Program-made: the position numbers and the translations under genes
Assembly: GCA_964016885.1 (NCBI GenBank)
Contig: OZ024753.1
Coordinates: forward strand, 26,350,001 to 26,414,000
Direction: 5' to 3'
Length of the DNA: 64,000 nucleotides
Origin: Eledone cirrhosa
Lineage: Eukaryota
Part shown: positions 57,401-64,000 of the stretch, piece by piece
Position numbering within the stretch: position 1 is the first letter of the stretch
How the letters are laid out: each line of letters opens with the position of its first letter
Notes under the pieces: model-generated
Told to the model about the DNA's origin: nothing
What the model saw: only the letters and a program-made list of their open reading frames with translations
Database searches by the model: none

Positions 57401-60400
57401 TGTTTGAATTTAAGTCCAAATCTAAGGCTTGGGGTTGGGGTTTGGGGAACGGGTTTAAGTCTAAGTCTAAGGATTTGGGTTTGTGTTTAAGTCTAAGTCT
57501 AAGACTTTGGGTTGGGGTTTAAGTCTAATGCTTGGGGGTTGGGGTTTAAGCCTAAGTCTAAAGCTTGGGGTTGGGTTTTGAGTGTAAGGCTTGGGGTTAG
57601 GGTTTATGTCTAAGGCTTGGTGTTGGGGTTTAAGTCTAAGTCTAAGTCTTGGGGTTGGGGTTTATGTCTAAGCCTTGTGGTTATGGTTTAATTCTAAGGA
57701 TTGGAGTTGGGGTTTAAGTCTAAGTCTAATGCTAGTGGTTGGGGTTTAAGTCTAATTCTAAGACTTGCGGTTGGGGTTCAAGTCTAAGTCTAAATCTTGG
57801 GGTTGTGGTTTCTGTCGATGTCTAAAGCTTGGGGTTGCGGTTTCAGTCTGTGTCTAAGGCTTGGGGTTGTAGTTTAAGTCTAAATCTAAGGCTTGGGGTT
57901 GGGGTTAGGTTTTACGACTAAGACATGTTGTTAGGGTTTAATTGTAAGGCTTGCTGTTGTGGTTTAAGTCTATTTATAAGGCTTTGGGTTTGGGTTTAAT
58001 TCTAAGTCTAAGGCTTTGGTTTAAGGGTTGGGGTTAGGGTTTAAGTCTGAGGCCTTGAGTTGGGGTTTAAGTCTAAGTCTAATTCATGAGGTTGGGGTTT
58101 AAATATATGTCTATGGCTTGAGGTTTATGTCTAAGTCTAAGGCTTTGTGTTTGTGGTTAAGTCTAAGTCTAAGACTTTGGGTTGGGGTTTAAGTCTAATG
58201 CTTGGGGGTTGGGGTTTAAGCCTAAGTCTAACGCTTGGGGTAGGGGTTTATGTCGAAGGCTTGTTGTTGGGGTTTAATTCTAAGTCTAAGGCATAGGATT
58301 AATCTAAGTCAAAGGCTTGGGATTGGGGTTTAAGTCTAAGGCTTGGGGGTTAGTGTTTATGTCTAAGGCTTGGGGTTGGGGTTCAAGTCTAAGTCTAAGG
58401 CTTGGGGTTGGGGTTTAAATCTATGTCTATTGCTTGGGCTTTAAGTCTAAGTCTAAGGCTTGGGGTTGGGGTTTAAATCTATGTCTATTGCTTGGGCTTT
58501 AAGTCTAAGTCTAAGGCTTGGAGTTGGGGTTTAAATCTAAGTCTAATATTTGTGGTTGGGGTTTATGTCGATGTCTAAAGCTTGGGGATGGAGTTTAAGT
58601 CTAAATCTAAGGCTTGGGGTTGGGGTTTAAGTTTACGGTTTGGGCTAAGGCTTGGGGTTGGGGTTCGGTTTTAAGACTAAGTCTTGTTGTTAGGGTTTAA
58701 TTCTAAGGCTTGTTGTGGTTTAAGTCTATGCATAAGGCTTGGGGTTGGGGTTTAATTCTAAGTCTAAACCTTTGGTTTGGGATTAGTGTCTATGTCTAAG
58801 GCTTGAGGTTGTGGTTTAAGTCTAAGTCTAAGTCTTGGAGTTGGGGTTTAAGTCTAAGTCTAAGCCTTGGTGTTGGGGTTTAAGTCTAAGTTTAAGGCTT
58901 GGGGTTGGGGTTTAAGTCTAATTCTAAGGCTTTGGGTTGAAGTTAAAGTCTATTCTAAGGCTTGGGTTGGGGTTTAAGTCTAAATCTAAGGCTTCGGGTT
59001 AGGGTTTAAGTTTAAGTCTAAAGCTTCGGTTTGCGGTTTAAGTCTAACTTTAAGGCTTTGGGTAGAGGTTTAAGTCTACGTCTAAGACTTGGGGTTGGTC
59101 TTTAAGTCTAAGTTGGGAATTAAGTCTATGTTTAAGGCTTTGGTTTGGGATTTAAATCTAAATGTAAGGCTTGGGGGTTTGTGTTTAAGCCTAAGTCTAA
59201 GGCTTGGGGTTGGGGTTTAAATCTAAGGCTTGGGGTTAGGGTCTAAGTCGAAGGCTTGGTGTTAGGGTTTAAATCTAAGTCTAATGCTAGTGGTTGGGTT
59301 GTAAGTTAAGTCTAAGGCTTGGGCTTGGGGTTTAAGTCTACGTCTAAGGCTTGGGGTTGGGGTCTAAGTCTATCTCTAAATCTTGGGGTTGGGGATTAAA
59401 TCTATGTCTAAGGTTTTGGGTTGTGATTTAAGTCTAAGTCTAAGGCCTGGGGTTGAGGTTTAAATCTAAGTCTAAGGCTTGGAATTTGGGGTTTAATTTT
59501 AAGTCTAAGGCTAGGAGTTGGGGCTCAAGTGTAAATCTAAGGGTTGGGTTTAGCGTTTATATCTATGTCTAAGTCTTGGGGTTTAAGTCTAAGTCTACGT
59601 CTTGAGGTTGGCGTTTAAGTCTAAGTCTAAGGTTTGGAGCTGGGGTTTAATTTTAAGTCTAAGTCTTGAGGTTGGCGTTTAAATCTATGTCTATGGCTTG
59701 GAGTTTAAGTCTAAGTGTAATGCTAGTGGTTGAGTTTTAAGTCTAAGTCTAAGACTTGGGGTTGAGGTACAAGTATAAGTCTAAGGCTTGGAGTTGGGGT
59801 TTAGGTCTACGTCTAAGGCTTGAGGTTGGAGTTTAAATCTGTCTATGGCTTGGGGTTGGGGTTTAAATCTATGTCTATGGCTTGGGGTTTAAGTCTAAGT
59901 CTAAGGCTTATGGTTGGGGTAAGTCTAAGTCTAAGGCTTGGGTTTAATTCTAAGACAAAGGGTTGGGGTTGGGGTTTAAGTTTAAGTCTAAGGCTAATGA
60001 ATTGGTGTTTAAGTCTAAGTCTAAGGCTTGGGGTTGGGGTTTATGTCTAAGCCTTGTGGTTATGGTTTAATTCTAAGGCTTGGAGTTGGGGTTTAAGTCT
60101 AAGTCTAATGCTAGTGGTTGGGGTTTAAGTCTAATTCTAAGACTTGCGGTTGGGGTTCAAGTCTAAGTCTAAATCTTGGGGTTGTGGTTTCTGTCGATGT
60201 CTAAAGCTTGGGGTTGCGGTTTCAGTCTGTGTCTAAGGCTTGGGGTTGTAGTTTAAGTCTAAATCTAAGGCTTGGGGTTGGGGTTAGGTTTTACGACTAA
60301 GACATGTTGTTAGGGTTTAATTGTAAGGCTTGCTGTTGTGGTTTAATTCTATTTATAAGGCTTTGGGTTTGGGTTTAATTCTAAGTCTAAGGCTTTGGTT

Positions 60401-63400
60401 TAAGGGTTGGGGTTAGGGTTTAAGTCTGAGGCCTTGAGTTGGGGTTTAAGTCTAAGTCTAATTCATGAGGTTGGGGTTTAAATATATGTCTATGGCTTGA
60501 GGTTTATGTCTAAGTCTAAGGCTTTGTGTTTGGGGTTAAGTCTAAGTCTAAGACTTTGGGTTGGGGTTTAATTCTAATGCTTGGGGGTTGGGGTTTAAGC
60601 CTAAGTCTAACGCTTGGGGTAGGGGTTTATGTCGAAGGCTTGTTGTTGGGGTTTAATTCTAAGTCTAAGGCATAGGATTAATCTAAGTCAAAGGCTTGGG
60701 ATTGGGGTTTAAGTCTAAGGCTTGGGGGTTAGTGTTTATGTCTAAGGCTTGGGGTTGGGGTTCAAGTCTAAGTCTAAGGCTTGGGGTTGGGGTTTAAATC
60801 TATGTCTATTGCTTGGGCTTTAAGTCTAAGTCTAAGGCTTGGGGTTGGGGTTTAAATCTATGTCTATTGCTTGGGCTTTAAGTCTAAGTCTAAGGCTTGG
60901 AGTTGGGGTTTAAATCTAAGTCTAATATTTGTGGTTGGGGTTTATGTCGATGTCTAAAGCTTGGGGATGGAGTTTAAGTCTAAATCTAAGGCTTGGGGTT
61001 GGGGTTTAAGTTTACGGTTTGGGCTAAGGCTTGGGGTTGGGGTTCGGTTTTAAGACTAAGTCTTGTTGTTAGGGTTTAATTCTAAGGCTTGTTGTGGTTT
61101 AAGTCTATGCATAAGGCTTGGGGTTGGGGTTTAATTCTAAGTCTAAACCTTTGGTTTGGGATTAGTGTCTATGTCTAAGGCTTGAGGTTGTGGTTTAAGT
61201 CTAAGTCTAAGTCTTGGAGTTGGGGTTTAAGTCTAAGTCTAAGCCTTGGTGTTGGGGTTTAAGTCTAAGTTTAAGGCTTGGGGTTGGGGTTTAAGTCTAA
61301 TTCTAAGGCTTTGGGTTGAAGTTAAAGTCTATTCTAAGGCTTGGGTTGGGGTTTAAGTCTAAATCTAAGGCTTCGGGTTAGGGTTTAAGTTTAAGTCTAA
61401 AGCTTCGGTTTGCGGTTTAAGTCTAACTTTAAGGCTTTGGGTAGAGGTTTAAGTCTACGTCTAAGACTTGGGGTTGGTCTTTAAGTCTAAGTTGGGAATT
61501 AAGTCTATGTCTAAGGCTTTGGTTTGGGATTTAAATCTAAATGTAAGGCTTGGGGGTTTGTGTTTAAGCCTAAGTCTAAGGCTTGGGGTTGGGGTTTAAA
61601 TCTAAGGCTTGGGGTTAGGGTCTAAGTCGAAGGCTTGGTGTTAGGGTTTAAATCTAAGTCTAATGCTAGTGGTTGGGTTGTAAGTTAAGTCTAAGGCTTG
61701 GGCTTGGGGTTTAAGTCTACGTCTAAGGCTTGGGGTTGGGGTCTAAGTCTATCTCTAAATCTTGGGGTTGGGGATTAAATCTATGTCTAAGGTTTTGGGT
61801 TGTGATTTAAGTCTAAGTCTAAGGCCTGGGGTTGAGGTTTAAATCTAAGTCTAAGGCTTGGAATTTGGGGTTTAATTTTAAGTCTAAGGCTAGGAGTTGG
61901 GGCTCAAGTGTAAATCTAAGGGTTGGGTTTAGCGTTTATATCTATGTCTAAGTCTTGGGGTTTAAGTCTAAGTCTACGTCTTGAGGTTGGCGTTTAAGTC
62001 TAAGTCTAAGGTTTGGAGCTGGGGTTTAATTTTAAGTCTAAGTCTTGAGGTTGGCGTTTAAATCTATGTCTATGGCTTGGAGTTTAAGTCTAAGTGTAAT
62101 GCTAGTGGTTGAGTTTTAAGTCTAAGTCTAAGACTTGGGGTTGAGGTACAAGTATAAGTCTAAGGCTTGGAGTTGGGGTTTAGGTCTACGTCTAAGGCTT
62201 GAGGTTGGAGTTTAAATCTGTCTATGGCTTGGGGTTGGGGTTTAAATCTATGTCTATGGCTTGGGGTTTAAGTCTAAGTCTAAGGCTTATGGTTGGGGTA
62301 AGTCTAAGTCTAAGGCTTGGGTTTAATTCTAAGACAAAGGGTTGGGGTTGGGGTTTAAGTTTAAGTCTAAGGCTAATGAATTGGTGTTTAAGTCTAAGTC
62401 TAAGGCTTGGGGTTGGGGTTTATGTCTAAGCCTTGTGGTTATGGTTTAATTCTAAGGCTTGGAGTTGGGGTTTAAGTCTAAGTCTAATGCTAGTGGTTGG
62501 GGTTTAAGTCTAATTCTAAGAATTGCGGTTGGGGTTCAAGTCTAAGTCTAAATCTTGGGGTTGTGGTTTATGTCGATGTCTAAAGCTTGGGGTTGCGGTT
62601 TCAGTCTGTGTCTAAGGCTTGGGGTTGTAGTTTAAGTCTAAATCTAAGGCTTGGGGTTGGGGTTAGGTTGTACGACTAAGACATGTTGTTAGGGTTTAAT
62701 TGTAAGGCTTGCTGTTGTGGTTTAATTCTATTTATAAGGCTTTGGGTTTGGGTTTAATTCTAAGTCTAAGGCTTTGGTTTAAGGGTTGGGGTTAGGGTTT
62801 AAGTCTGAGGCCTTGAGTTGGGCTTTCAGTCTAAGTCTAAGTCTTGGGGTTGGGGTTTAAATCTAAGTGTAAGGCTTTGGGTTGAGGTTTAAGTCTATGT
62901 CTAATGCTTGTGGTTGGGTTTAAGTCTAAGTCTAAGACTTGGGGTTGGGGTTTAAGTCTAAGGCTTGGGGGTTGGGGTTTAAGCCTAAGTCTAACGCTTG
63001 GGGTAGGGGTTTATGTCTAAGGCTTGGGGTTAGGGTTTATGTCTAAGGCTTGGTGTTGGGGTTTAATTCTAAGTCTAAGGCATGGGTTTAATCTAAGTCA
63101 AAGGCTTGGGGTTGGGGTTTAAGTCTAAGGCTTGGGGTTAGTGTTTATGTCTAAGGCTTGGGGTTGGGGTTCAAGTCTAAGTCTAAGGCTTGGGGTTGGG
63201 GTTTAAATCTATGTCTATTGCTTGGGCTTTAAGTCTAAGTCTAAGGCTTGGAGTTGGGGTTTAAATCTAAGTCTAATATTTGTGGTTGGGGTTTATGTCG
63301 ATGTCTAAAGCTTGGGGATGGGGTTTAAGTCTATGTATAAGGCTTGGGGTTGGAGTTTAAGTCTAAATCTAAGGCTTGGGGTTGGCGTTTAAGTTTACGG

Positions 63401-64000
63401 TTTGGACTAAGGCTTGGGGTTGGGGTTCGGTTTTAAGACTAAGTCTTGTTGTTAGGGTTTAATTCTAAGTCTAAAGCTTTGGTTCGGGATTAGTGTCTAT
63501 GTCTAAGGCTTGAGGTTGTGGTTTAAGTCTAAGTCTAAGTCTTGGAGTTGGGGTTTAAGTCTAAGTCTAAGCCTTGGTGTTGGGGTTTAAGTCTAAGTTT
63601 AAGGCTTGGGGTTGGGGTTTAAGTCTAAATCTAAGGCTTCGGGTTAGGGTTTAAGTTTAAGTCTAAAGCTTCGGTTTGCGGTTTAAGTCTAGCTAAGGCT
63701 TGGGGTTGGTCTTTAAGTCTAAGTTGGGAATTAAGTCTATGTCTAAGGCTTTGGTTTTGGGTTTAAATCTAAATGTAAGGCTTGGGGGTTTGTGTTTAAG
63801 CCTAAGTCTAAGGCTTGGGGTTGGGGTTTAAATCTAAGGCTTGGGGTTAGGGTTTAAATCTAAGTCTAATGCTAGTGGTTGGGTTGTAAGTTAAGTCTAA
63901 GGCTTGGGCTTGGGGTTTAAGTCTATCTCTAAATCTTGGGGTTGGGGATTAAATCTATGTCTAAGATTTTGGGTCGTGATTTAAGTCTAAGTCTAAGGCC
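45471..64000 (+). repeat. TTAGGG head plus uninterrupted 32-bp telomere-like satellite (>18.5 kb, runs off the window)
   Basis: Same consensus throughout; X (54167-54537) is embedded without a break in satellite type. Confidence 0.95.
57630..64000 (+). repeat. 2,379-bp higher-order tandem repeat in the 32-bp satellite (2 near-identical copies plus a third, more diverged one)
   Basis: TTTATGTCTAAGCCTTGTGG at 57661, 60040 and 62419; identical ORFs at 59820 and 62199. Confidence 0.92.

Noticed and set aside
55454-62429. 66-76 aa ORFs in the 32-bp satellite
   Set aside because: Chance loss of stop codons in variant monomers; useful only as markers of the 2379-bp repeat.

Overview
Entirely non-coding, eukaryote-type repeat DNA built on TTAGGG telomeric sequence; no credible gene, RNA gene or autonomous transposon is present, and the organism cannot be identified. 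The window is dominated by a very young 25.3-kb tandem duplication (3523-28847 and 28848-54166, plus a third copy of its first 371 bp at 54167-54537). Each unit contains, in order: a 371-bp satellite piece X; a 23-bp G-rich minisatellite; an AT-rich fold-back satellite; (TTAGGG)4 grading into a 32-bp telomere-like satellite (G-rich on +); a 1.66-kb spacer with two copies of a CpG-rich cassette (nine GCGCATGCGC-type palindromes at 27-bp spacing, four TTTCCGG at exactly 10-bp spacing, then a pure-AT tract); a 4.6-kb (CCCTAA)n variant array with nested higher-order repeats; a 93-bp linker; and TTAGGG grading again into the 32-bp satellite. The most notable signals are (i) a phased NRF1-like/ETS-like cassette exactly where the telomeric strand polarity flips head-to-head, (ii) a tail-to-tail CCCTAA-linker-TTAGGG junction with mirror-ordered variant repeats, and (iii) junction scars suggesting template switching. 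Coordinates and counts were read by eye; all functional interpretations are hypotheses.
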